From IMG/VR virus record IMGVR_UViG_3300027704_003386: 64,000 nt of DNA; one strand, written 5' to 3'. How positions within the stretch are numbered: the first letter of the stretch is position 1; each line of letters starts with the position of its first letter. This DNA comes from an uncultured virus (IMG/VR IMGVR_UViG_3300027704_003386). Lineage: Duplodnaviria; Heunggongvirae; Uroviricota; Caudoviricetes. Below, one piece after another: positions 44,973 through 54,244 of this stretch. A model generated the notes under the pieces. It ran no database searches. It had not been told where the DNA came from and saw only the letters and a list, made by a program, of their open reading frames with translations. The translations under genes were made by a program, and so were the position numbers.

Positions 44973-47371
44973 TACATTCCAGTTGAATACATTAAAGCTT
45001 TAACATTTGTAACCCATTTATTATCTGCGCCTACATCATGAGATATTCCTGTTATAATATACGCAAATCTTTTATACCTATCAGGTAAAATAGTATTATT
45101 TATTCTAAAGGTAAGTCCTATTTTGAATCCTGCTATTCCTTGTAGCTTTAAAGACAGTTCAATAGGTACAGGTAGTGGATCAAAACTAAATTCTTTATCA
45201 ATATCCAGTCGCAATTGTTCTTTTATATTTTTAGCCCCTTGTTCTGCTATTATAGGCCAAATATAGGTATTAGTCACACCCTCACTTAATTGATCGTATC
45301 CTTTTCTTAGTAATTCTGTGTAATTAAGTTTGGGGTCTTCATCGGATTTTTGAGATTCTTCTTTGTCAATTTTACATGCCTTTTCTGCTTTAGCATTTGC
45401 CTTGTATGGAAAGTGTCTGTCTACTGCTCCTAAATTCCATTGCATCATAGCCTCAACATTAGAGTTATACCCAGACCCTACTGATCCTTGAGCTGCTATG
45501 GAAACTTGAGAAGAAGTGTTAGATGATATTTTGCTCTCTACACCTAATTCTAAGACTGTAGAATTTAATCCGGATTCTGCAATAATAGGTATCCCTACTT
45601 TAAGACCTCCTGATGGGAACCCTCTATCTACTATAGTGAACATCTTCAAGTTTTGGTCAAACATATACGTAAAATGGTTTATACCCCCAAATGCATCATT
45701 AATAATTTTACATATTAAATCAATAAATGTGAGTATAGACTTTTCTCCATCAACCATCGTCTCTTCATATGCTTGAAGTATAGAATCTGTTTCTATTAAT
45801 ACTGATAAACAGTCATCTATAGGTACTCCTTTTTTAATGGCAGCTACATTTAAACTCACATTAAAGCCTTTTCCTTTTACTACGTTATCTGGATTTAATG
45901 TCGGGGTGCCTAATTTTATTGCTTTTGTAGGTGCTATACTATAGTGTGATTTATAGGTTTTAAACTTTTCCCCTAGTTGTTCACTAAATAATACTACCGC
46001 TTCTCCGTTTGAAGCATTCTTAGGCATTTCTATTGAGTTAATAATAGAAAGTAGGGTACGGAACGAAATGTAAGTTAAATTTTCACCTGGTGTTAGAAAC
46101 TTATTAAACATTATTGATGCCCAACGAAGTAAGTTACCCCCCATAGTGTTAGAACTATCATCATTTACTGCTTCTGATTTTACTACAAAAAACTCTAAAG
46201 TAGTAGAGCTACAATCATGGTTATATAATCCCTTATAAAGCTTCCGTTGCTGTTTATCAGTTATAGATTGAGCTCCTGTTAAATAGTCGTATATTTTGAC
46301 ACCTAATGCATACGGTTTTTTTAGTCCTGCCAGTGCTCGCTTCTTTATCTCACCGCGAAGTGCCATTTCCAAAGGGTAGTCATAACCATCTTTAGCATTA
46401 TCTGCATTATGGGTCCAAATATCATTTCCAAATATTTGCAAATTTCGAAGGAGAAAGTGCATGGCTGATATATCTTCAGTGTCGTCTCTTCCTTTCTCAC
46501 CATCTGGTCCAGGGTTACATACAAATGTGGTTATCTGTACTCCAGTTTTTAAACTTTCTACAATCGATCCTTTTGAAGTAAGTTTAACTGTGCATTTATA
46601 TGTACCGTCTTTATTAAAAGAGTACGAAAAGTTAGTTATAAATCCGAAGAGTCCGTCGTAATTATAATCTGTTTTTTTCTTAAGTTTATCTATTTGAAGT
46701 ACTATGTCATCAGCTTTATCAGATGATTTAAACCAAAGATCTTCGCTAATTTTTTCTCCTGCAGTTTTAACTCTATTTCCGTCATTATCTATATATACCG
46801 TATGGCCCCATTCTAACAACGCAGAGTATCCAGGTCTAAAGAAGAGCAATTCAGCATCCTCTAACTGTTCTTGAGAGTTAAGTGTAAAATTAACTGTTGC
46901 TGTTCTTAACTGACCGTATGCTCCTTTGGTTGCTACAGATATACCCGTTAATCCTGGCATTGGTCTGAATCCCATACTATCGTAGTTCAGGTAAGCTTCT
47001 GTATCTCTTTGTAAAGCAGCAGCTCCGTGATAATCATCAGAGTCTTTGCTGTTAAGTATCCCTGATCTAGGTGTTTTACTATCGGGGTTTAAAGTTCCTC
47101 CTAATAGTTCGTAATTCTGTGCTTTAATTGGGCTCCCTCTTTTAACATTCGTATTAATTATACAGTTATTTTTAGATGCATTAAAGATATCTCGAGCATC
47201 ATTATAAGTAACTTTGTTAACACTAGATCTAAATATTGCAAACCCAGTATTTGAATTTATAGCTTCCATCTCATCTAAAGTTTTATTATTAGATGAAAGT
47301 GCTTCTCCTCGTACCTTAATTTGTTTTGCTACTTTATCGGGAATAGGTGAACCTAATACTTGTTTTGACAT
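44972..47371 (-). CDS. putative baseplate hub protein
   Basis: GFRPMPG, PGYSALLEWG, NYDG..G.ITNFS and C-terminal YIITGISH...W.T; position after the LysM-like gene. Confidence 0.55.
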   Translation of the reverse strand: MSKQVLGSPIPDKVAKQIKVRGEALSSNNKTLDEMEAINSNTGFAIFRSSVNKVTYNDARDIFNASKNNCIINTNVKRGSPIKAQNYELLGGTLNPDSKTPRSGILNSKDSDDYHGAAALQRDTEAYLNYDSMGFRPMPGLTGISVATKGAYGQLRTATVNFTLNSQEQLEDAELLFFRPGYSALLEWGHTVYIDNDGNRVKTAGEKISEDLWFKSSDKADDIVLQIDKLKKKTDYNYDGLFGFITNFSYSFNKDGTYKCTVKLTSKGSIVESLKTGVQITTFVCNPGPDGEKGRDDTEDISAMHFLLRNLQIFGNDIWTHNADNAKDGYDYPLEMALRGEIKKRALAGLKKPYALGVKIYDYLTGAQSITDKQQRKLYKGLYNHDCSSTTLEFFVVKSEAVNDDSSNTMGGNLLRWASIMFNKFLTPGENLTYISFRTLLSIINSIEMPKNASNGEAVVLFSEQLGEKFKTYKSHYSIAPTKAIKLGTPTLNPDNVVKGKGFNVSLNVAAIKKGVPIDDCLSVLIETDSILQAYEETMVDGEKSILTFIDLICKIINDAFGGINHFTYMFDQNLKMFTIVDRGFPSGGLKVGIPIIAESGLNSTVLELGVESKISSNTSSQVSIAAQGSVGSGYNSNVEAMMQWNLGAVDRHFPYKANAKAEKACKIDKEESQKSDEDPKLNYTELLRKGYDQLSEGVTNTYIWPIIAEQGAKNIKEQLRLDIDKEFSFDPLPVPIELSLKLQGIAGFKIGLTFRINNTILPDRYKRFAYIITGISHDVGADNKWVTNVKALMYSTGM

Positions 47372-47376
47372 AACTA

Positions 47377-47682
47377 CTATAATTTTTCATTAAATTCAGT
47401 AAATAGGTTCTTAGCAGCTGTACCGTTAGCAGGAATTCTTAACTGTACACCCGGTTTTACTATCAGCCCATCTGTTTTAGATACATTTGCTGATGCTATT
47501 ACCCACCAGAGTTTATGGTCTCCGTAAAACTGCTGTGCTAAAGTATCGTATCTATCACTACCTGTTGTAATAACATATAAGTCATTATCAGTAACAGGTA
47601 TGTCTGGGTAAATGGCATTTTTATAGTACCTTTTCCCTTCATCTGTTTTTAATACCTCTATTTCTTTATATCTATTAGCCAT
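47377..47682 (-). CDS. LysM-like baseplate wedge protein (gp53/gpX-like)
   Basis: DRYDTLAQQFYGD..LWWVIA.AN and G.QLRIP. Confidence 0.8.
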   Translation of the reverse strand: MANRYKEIEVLKTDEGKRYYKNAIYPDIPVTDNDLYVITTGSDRYDTLAQQFYGDHKLWWVIASANVSKTDGLIVKPGVQLRIPANGTAAKNLFTEFNEKL

Positions 47683-49601
47683 TAGTTGGATGGATCGATT
47701 ACATTGGTAGCGTTAGTACTAAAGTCTCTTCCTGTATCTGGGCTTTTTCCAAAGTCTCCGGTTCCTACCTCAACACTTGCGTTTCTACCTCCAATATACT
47801 TTCTTAAGCTAGAGGTTATTTTTTCTGCGTTTACATTAAAATTATGTATGGGTGTAAATGCAATTGAACAGTCAAGAACATGTGGTACTAGGGGATTTTT
47901 TTTGCCGACACTTTGATTATTAGTTTCCCATTGGTAGGATGTGTTCCAGCTTAAATTTACACTTGTTATAAAGCCTTTTACGTTATTAAGGTAGTTTCCT
48001 ATAGTTACTGCAGTCAAAGTTCCTTTCATAAAAGCTCCTTCAGTGTTATAAGTTGGAGCAGTAGTAGATACTAGTCCATTAATTTTTTGGTACATAGGTA
48101 TTAATTCCTCTCTTGAAAATGCTGCTATTTTAAATGAAAAGTCTATTGTTCTATCAAATCCTTGATAAGTATAGAATTGTTCAGCTCTACCTACGTATCT
48201 TTCTCCGCCCCAGTCTCCAGTGTAATTATCAGCTAAGCTATCTAAAAAAGCTCTAAAGTATATAAACCTCTCATCATCATTAGGTGTAATTATTTGAAAT
48301 TCGAAAGGAATAATATCCTCTACTTCTGATTTACCGAGTATTGATTGTGTTTGCTCAGCTAATAGTCCTATTGCATCAGGATAAAGAGACGGTTTACTAT
48401 TAGTACCACCTTTATTATACCTATTACGTAAGGTTATATTACTATTTATATAGTTTGTTTCGTTCTTTTTTGTACCTACTGGCCTATAAACATTTAAGTC
48501 GCTAGTATCTGGTTTAGGATCAGTCCATCCTGCTTCTCCTATTAGTCCTTTTCTGTTTGACCTAGTTGTAGTGCCGTCGTTAACTAATTTTCGAAGTAAA
48601 GCATCGTTTTCTGTTGCAATACGAGTTGATATAGGAACGTTAATTTTACTTCTGCCTGAATTAGTAGTACCAACTGCGTTTTCATCGTCGCTGTTGAGAT
48701 AACCGTTATTACGGTCAAAAGGTTTAGAGTTTGTTGGTTCTGTTAGTTGAACTTTTTCTAAAGAAGCATCTAACAAAGAGCCTAAGAATGGAATATTGTT
48801 TTTTAGTAATAAACTGTTAGTTGCAAGACTTGGTGTTCCTGGTAAGTTAAATCTAGCAAGAGCTTTACTCACAAAAGGTGGTTTACTCAAACTGTATATT
48901 GCTTTTAGTGCAAATGCTCCTAATGGTGCAGCATATTTTGCGAAAAGTTCTAATGATACGTCGCTACCAAATTCTGAGTTTTGAATAGATAAATCACTTT
49001 CAAACTGACTATTATTAAGTATACCTCCGTCTTCTAATCTACCGGATATTGTTTGACCTTTTAAAGCTTTTGATGCCCCGTCTACTCCTCCACCGATATC
49101 AGCAAAATCTTTTACTTTTTGAATAAATCTTCCTAAGCCGGTGCTAGCTTCCTCTCGGCCTCCTTCTCTAAGGTAGCCGTTTGCTCCTAATCCCTGTATA
49201 AAATGGGTACCTGTACCATTAACTGGTGCTTGTGCCAGAATAGACAGGGTAGTCTTAGCATTATTTAGTGCGGTATTTAATACCTGTTTACCTATACGTT
49301 TACCTAGTTCTTTAAAATTAAACTTACCTTTCTTAGACTTACCAAGATTTTTTAAGTTTAATTCGTTTCCATACTGATAAAGTAGTGCTTGATTGGCTTG
49401 AAATTTGAGACCTTGTTTAGATAATAGTAACTTACCTAATCTCTCAGTATCTGTTATACGTGAATTGATTTGGTTATACTTATTACCTATTTTATCTTCG
49501 ATAATAGGAGAACCGTTACGGTACTCACTGTACTTAAGTGAGCGTAAATTAGTTTGTTCTCCTTTTAGCAGAGATGTTTTAAGGCCTTTATTTTCCGCCA
49601 T
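47682..49601 (-). CDS. baseplate/tail-tube initiator-like protein
   Basis: C-terminal FRAFL, YVGRAE.FY.Y.GF.R.I.F.F and TIGNY; position after the tape measure. Confidence 0.55.
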   Translation of the reverse strand: MAENKGLKTSLLKGEQTNLRSLKYSEYRNGSPIIEDKIGNKYNQINSRITDTERLGKLLLSKQGLKFQANQALLYQYGNELNLKNLGKSKKGKFNFKELGKRIGKQVLNTALNNAKTTLSILAQAPVNGTGTHFIQGLGANGYLREGGREEASTGLGRFIQKVKDFADIGGGVDGASKALKGQTISGRLEDGGILNNSQFESDLSIQNSEFGSDVSLELFAKYAAPLGAFALKAIYSLSKPPFVSKALARFNLPGTPSLATNSLLLKNNIPFLGSLLDASLEKVQLTEPTNSKPFDRNNGYLNSDDENAVGTTNSGRSKINVPISTRIATENDALLRKLVNDGTTTRSNRKGLIGEAGWTDPKPDTSDLNVYRPVGTKKNETNYINSNITLRNRYNKGGTNSKPSLYPDAIGLLAEQTQSILGKSEVEDIIPFEFQIITPNDDERFIYFRAFLDSLADNYTGDWGGERYVGRAEQFYTYQGFDRTIDFSFKIAAFSREELIPMYQKINGLVSTTAPTYNTEGAFMKGTLTAVTIGNYLNNVKGFITSVNLSWNTSYQWETNNQSVGKKNPLVPHVLDCSIAFTPIHNFNVNAEKITSSLRKYIGGRNASVEVGTGDFGKSPDTGRDFSTNATNVIDPSN

Positions 49602-49604
49602 TTA

Positions 49605-49751
49605 TTAGTCTCTTGCTGCTGGTGGTGTAGCATCAACAATATTAGATCCTAAAGCATCTTCTGGTCTGTTGTCTTCGTAAGTTCCTAATGCAGGAAGCTC
49701 ACCTTTCAATCCTAAGATGGAATTTGGTAATTGATCTTTTTTGATTCCCAT
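49605..49751 (-). CDS. small hypothetical protein (48 aa), not in the ORF track
   Basis: MGIKKDQLPNSILGLKGELP...ARD, downstream of the TATTTATA motif at 49788. Confidence 0.5.
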   Translation of the reverse strand: MGIKKDQLPNSILGLKGELPALGTYEDNRPEDALGSNIVDATPPAARD

Positions 49752-49815
49752 GATTTTAAATTTAATTGGTTATATTATTATTATAAGTATAAATAGATAG
49801 TAAAAAAGGTATTAT

Positions 49816-52602
49816 CTACCCTAGTCCTGGATTTTTAGCTAATGCTGCTTGGACTTTATCTCCATCTAAGTACACATCAAAACTTTTATTTTTCATGACT
49901 GCTTTAAGTTGCTGCAGTTCTTTTATAACATTATTATTACTAGTTTCTTCATTATCTCCTGTAATACCTGTTATTAAATCTGTTATTGCTCCTGTTGCTG
50001 CCACCATTGGTGCGGCGAATGCTGTGGTTATAACTAGATCTTGTAATTCATCTAATTTTTCAGTATCTAATTTATTTAATGCTGAAGCAACTAGTCCTAT
50101 ACCTGCTGCTATAGTAGTTAATGATGTTCCAACACTTAGTAAGTCGGGAGCTAACGTAGAAATAGATTTTAATAAAGGTAAAGATAGGTATAACAAAGGT
50201 GCAGCTAGAAGTAATTGACCTGCAAATAACGCTAATCCTGATCCTGCTACTATGAGTGCCGGTCCTAATGCGTAGAGAAATCCTAATTTATCTAGTGTCA
50301 TTCCATCTAAGAAGGTATGAAACTCTTTTGCTACTAACGGAATTATTGTTGCAATACCGTTAAATACAGATGTGATTATTGTACCGAATGCTTCGATAGC
50401 GGGTGCGGCTGCTCTTAATCCAAGTCCAATTCCTATAATTCCTAAGGCTATCACACCTACACCAGCTGCAGTTGCAGGGTTGGCAAATACCGCTAAACCT
50501 GCTGCGATTGCTTGAGCAGATAAGGCGAATGATGATCCGAATAATCTTGACGAGGTGGTTGCTGTGGTTTGTGCTGCTGAGTATCCGAGTAGGTTTGCTG
50601 TTCCTGCTATAATTTTTTTGGAAAACAGAGAGATTCCTCCTGCTAATTTAGTAAAAAGGAATCCTACCGCTTTAAAAGGCAACATAATTAAAGATCTTCC
50701 AAAGAGTAGTACTGCACCTACTACAGGTCCTCCAAAGCCTTTTGCAAAACTATCTATAAATTCAATAGATTTAGCTATTGCATAAGCTAAAGGTTTTACA
50801 ATCGACCCGAGTACATCTACAATAGGAATAAGTACCTCTAGAACAGGTGAAAAAGATTGTGCTAATTTAGAAACCATTAAATTTAACTTAGTCTGTACAT
50901 CTAAAGCTTCTGAAGCTTCAATTGTTATTCCTCTTGCAGCTGCTTTTTGTTTCTTTGTTAAGTTTAATCCTTGAGACTGGTTAATTAGCATTTCAGCCAT
51001 TTCCTGTTTACTCATTCCCATTGCTTCAGAAATAGCATTTTGTTGTATTCTATTCATATTAGCAAACTCTAGTGCTGATGCTCCTTGTTTGCTTAGTTCT
51101 TGTGCTAATCCTGCTAAATCATTATTTAATGCTAGTTCTCTAGCTTTACCTAATCTTATATGTTTACCTGTTAATAGTTGAGCTTCTAATTCACTTTCTA
51201 TAGAAGATTCAAAGTCCATTAATTTATCTGCTATACTATTAACTTTAGATAAATCTATACCTAATTTACGTGCTGCTGCTGCTGCTTCTGAAAGTGCAGT
51301 AGGGCTATTGCCTAATGATAAAGCTATATCGTCACTTACGTTTAGTACGTCTTTCATTACCTCGTGTGGACTAACAATTGAATCATTTAATGTATTGAAT
51401 GCTGAAACAGAGTTATATATGTTGTCGTTAAATGTACCTACGTTTCCTCCAAATGTTTTACTTAGTCTGCCTATTTGAATAGCTTCATCGCTGCTTAACC
51501 CTAAAAGATTTTTTGCTTCAGCTAACCTACTTAGATCTTCTTTAGAAAATACAGACGTACTAAGCATTCCTAATTTTCTAGTTGCCTCGGCTGATAATTC
51601 TAGTGTTTGAGCAGCTGATGCTAAGTTAGTGTTAAGACTTGCAAAATTAGTATCAGTTCTACCTGTTTGTCTTTGAAAGTCTGTCTGTGCCTTATTTACT
51701 GCTAAAAATGCTTTTAATATATTACCTAAGATGACTACTGGGTCTGTTAATGCAGCTCCTATTGCTTTTGCAGCTCCTTTTGCACCTATCAAAGCAACTT
51801 GAAGTCTACTTCCCTCTTTAGCTGCTTCTCGCATTTCTTCAGTTGTCTCCTTTAGTATATCCTGTACTTGTGAAGAAGAAATACCTAATTTAGTCATCAG
51901 TCCTCCTACTCCTTCTAATGCAGCACCGGATAATCCCATTGCTTTATTAATTCGTAGTTGTAACTGTATTTGTTCTTCTGTCTTATTAAGTAATTCTTGG
52001 GTTATATCAACATTGTCTGTTCCTATACCTCTTCTAGATATCTCTAGTGCTATAAGTGCTCTTGTCTCATCAGACGAGTCTTTTAATGCCTTTAGATTCA
52101 TTATTGCGTCTAATGCAGAATCATGATTATGAGAATTGCCGTCTGATTTTAGATTATTTAACTGTTTTGTTAAATTTACACCGGTGGTTTGGGAGATAAT
52201 GTTGACGGCAGCGGAAGCAGCATGCGCATCTTGTAATACTATTTTTTGCTTAAGACTCTGCAATTGAATTAGGCTCATATCAGCGGATCCAGATTCAACA
52301 TCTTTTAGTTTCTCAGCAGCATTAGTAATCTGTCTCATTGCAGACCTACTTCTTCCTAATTCTGTTGTTTGACCTTTAAATTCTGATGCTATTGCTTTGA
52401 CTCTTTCAAATAGAGATGATGCTGTTCCTTCAAGATTAGCTAATTCACGACGTTCTTCTCTAATAGCTTGATTTATAGCCTGTTGAGATCTAGCTCTATC
52501 AGAACCTATCTTAGTGGTATCTGCTCCAGTCTTTTTCTCAAGTGCATTTAAATCTTTGAGAAGTTTCTGTCTTTCTCTTAAGTCGTCGTTCTGCTTTGCC
52601 AT
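49816..52602 (-). CDS. tape measure protein
   Basis: 928 aa, Ala/Leu-rich helical with hydrophobic segments; DFESSIESELEAQLLTG and C-terminal VYLDGDKV. Confidence 0.85.
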   Translation of the reverse strand: MAKQNDDLRERQKLLKDLNALEKKTGADTTKIGSDRARSQQAINQAIREERRELANLEGTASSLFERVKAIASEFKGQTTELGRSRSAMRQITNAAEKLKDVESGSADMSLIQLQSLKQKIVLQDAHAASAAVNIISQTTGVNLTKQLNNLKSDGNSHNHDSALDAIMNLKALKDSSDETRALIALEISRRGIGTDNVDITQELLNKTEEQIQLQLRINKAMGLSGAALEGVGGLMTKLGISSSQVQDILKETTEEMREAAKEGSRLQVALIGAKGAAKAIGAALTDPVVILGNILKAFLAVNKAQTDFQRQTGRTDTNFASLNTNLASAAQTLELSAEATRKLGMLSTSVFSKEDLSRLAEAKNLLGLSSDEAIQIGRLSKTFGGNVGTFNDNIYNSVSAFNTLNDSIVSPHEVMKDVLNVSDDIALSLGNSPTALSEAAAAARKLGIDLSKVNSIADKLMDFESSIESELEAQLLTGKHIRLGKARELALNNDLAGLAQELSKQGASALEFANMNRIQQNAISEAMGMSKQEMAEMLINQSQGLNLTKKQKAAARGITIEASEALDVQTKLNLMVSKLAQSFSPVLEVLIPIVDVLGSIVKPLAYAIAKSIEFIDSFAKGFGGPVVGAVLLFGRSLIMLPFKAVGFLFTKLAGGISLFSKKIIAGTANLLGYSAAQTTATTSSRLFGSSFALSAQAIAAGLAVFANPATAAGVGVIALGIIGIGLGLRAAAPAIEAFGTIITSVFNGIATIIPLVAKEFHTFLDGMTLDKLGFLYALGPALIVAGSGLALFAGQLLLAAPLLYLSLPLLKSISTLAPDLLSVGTSLTTIAAGIGLVASALNKLDTEKLDELQDLVITTAFAAPMVAATGAITDLITGITGDNEETSNNNVIKELQQLKAVMKNKSFDVYLDGDKVQAALAKNPGLG

Positions 52603-52642
52603 TAGGTAGTAGTTCTATATAGTATAAATAGTTAAGGCCCGC

Positions 52643-52906
52643 CTATTTGCGAGCCTTTGTACTATATGAAGGTTTTTTAATATTCGGTCCCATTGATGGA
52701 GTGCTGTTAGCTGGTTTTCCTTTAGCAGCTTCCTGCTCTGCTTCATAAAAATCAATTATCTTTCTGTGAGTAAAGTTTCTTAACCATATGGGCATATTAT
52801 ATATTGTGTTATAGTTGTAACCTCCTTTTCCATGAAATACTATATCATGAACTTGATTAAATATGTTTACTCTATATTGTTGCGTCAGGCCAAAGAAAGT
52901 TAATTC
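52643..52906 (-). CDS. frameshift-extension ORF of the tail assembly chaperone (+1 frame)
   Basis: Open +1 frame FGLTQQYRVNIFNQVHDIVFHGKGGYNYNTIYNMPIWLR...KARK, overlapping the end of the chaperone. Confidence 0.65.
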   Translation of the reverse strand, partial: ELTFFGLTQQYRVNIFNQVHDIVFHGKGGYNYNTIYNMPIWLRNFTHRKIIDFYEAEQEAAKGKPANSTPSMGPNIKKPSYSTKARK

Positions 52907-53615
52907 CTATCGGAATTGTAACCCCTCCTTCTGGTCCGTTCTCTGGGTAGAACGTTAGATCGACGTCTGGTGATACTTCTGCCATATGTTTTCTAAAAGA
53001 TCTTGAGTCTCTAGCAAGAAATAAGTTATCTACGAAATCTCTTACTGCCTTGGTATCTCCATTACCGTCAACTGATGTAATAGTATGTTTAAGTCTAGTA
53101 GATAATTCAGGAGAAGCATCTTTGTTAAATTTCTTTAACCCTCTTACTTCAGCATCTACCTTTTGTTCATCACCGTGAGTTAGTAACTTAAAGGTTATCA
53201 CTGTACCTGATGAAGGTAAAGTATACTCTAACTCATTATTACCATCTTTAAATTTTGAAAGGTCTACGTCCTTATGTCCTAATTGAGAAAGATCAACTGT
53301 TTCTTTTTCTCCTCCATAAGTAATTTCGTATTCTGCTCCATACCCTAAGATACGTGCTGCAACTAATAGTGCATTTTTATCTCCTGATAAGATTGTACTG
53401 TAGTCGATAGTTTTGTCTACAATTAATGCCTGTAATAATTTATCTATTACTGTGCCTTTTTCAATGTAGTTTTGATTTGTTAAAATATCTTCTTCTTTTG
53501 CAGTCATATACTTCATCTCTATCGTTCCGGATGATAAAGGTGAGTCTTTAGAATACAATAAGCCTTTTGAAGGTAATTCAACTTGTTCCGTTGGGAATTT
53601 AGTCTCTGTGCTCAT
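52872..53615 (-). CDS. tail assembly chaperone / T4 gp26-like protein
   Basis: VELPSKG, MTAKEEDIL, GDKNALL..ARI.GYG and NFLWP end; lies between the tube and tape measure genes. Confidence 0.75.
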   Translation of the reverse strand: MSTETKFPTEQVELPSKGLLYSKDSPLSSGTIEMKYMTAKEEDILTNQNYIEKGTVIDKLLQALIVDKTIDYSTILSGDKNALLVAARILGYGAEYEITYGGEKETVDLSQLGHKDVDLSKFKDGNNELEYTLPSSGTVITFKLLTHGDEQKVDAEVRGLKKFNKDASPELSTRLKHTITSVDGNGDTKAVRDFVDNLFLARDSRSFRKHMAEVSPDVDLTFYPENGPEGGVTIPIGINFLWPDATI

Positions 53616-53670
53616 AAATTTTATTTTGTGTAACTATAGTTATATATAAATATAAGATAAATAACTTTAT

Positions 53671-53703
53671 AAAACAACAAAACCCGACAAAAAGTCGGGC
53701 TTT
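53671..53703 (-). terminator. rho-independent terminator after the tail tube gene
   Basis: CCCGAC-TTTTT-GTCGGG followed by TTTTGTTGTTTT. Confidence 0.8.
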
Positions 53704-53722
53704 ATTTTTAATACTATAATGT

Positions 53723-54208
53723 TTAGTAGTTGAGAACGCAATAATCCATTGCTACTGTAATCTGTAGTTCTGCTGCATCTGAATTTGCCCAGTCAAACGA
53801 TCCTTGTTGCATGTTTGTAATAAACGCTCCTTGAATAATCCATTCTGATACGATATCACCTACAGGTCCTAATAGATTTAATGTTAAATCTTTTTTGTAG
53901 AAATCTGAGTATCCTGCTCTTCCTGTTACGGATTCATAAGATAAACGAGCCCAGTCCATTACTGCTTGTGCTCCAGAAGGTGTTATAGGATCATATAATG
54001 TCATGTCCATGTTATTCCAAGATCTTTTTCCTCGGATTTTTCTATATGTGTTGATATGATCAAGCTTCACCTCTTCATCCTCAAATGAAGGTGCAGTTAC
54101 AGATTTTATCATGAAAGATGGAATTCCATCTACATACATGACAAACCTATTCTGTACCTTAGGTTCAAAGGCTTTAAACATTATTTCGTTTGGATCTAAT
54201 ACTGCCAT
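53723..54208 (-). CDS. tail tube protein (T4 gp19-like)
   Basis: FEPKVQNRF, W..M..TLYD and W...GAF; follows the sheath gene. Confidence 0.88.
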   Translation of the reverse strand: MAVLDPNEIMFKAFEPKVQNRFVMYVDGIPSFMIKSVTAPSFEDEEVKLDHINTYRKIRGKRSWNNMDMTLYDPITPSGAQAVMDWARLSYESVTGRAGYSDFYKKDLTLNLLGPVGDIVSEWIIQGAFITNMQQGSFDWANSDAAELQITVAMDYCVLNY

Positions 54209-54244
54209 TTTATTTTCGTTTATTATAAATATTCACGTTTTAAA

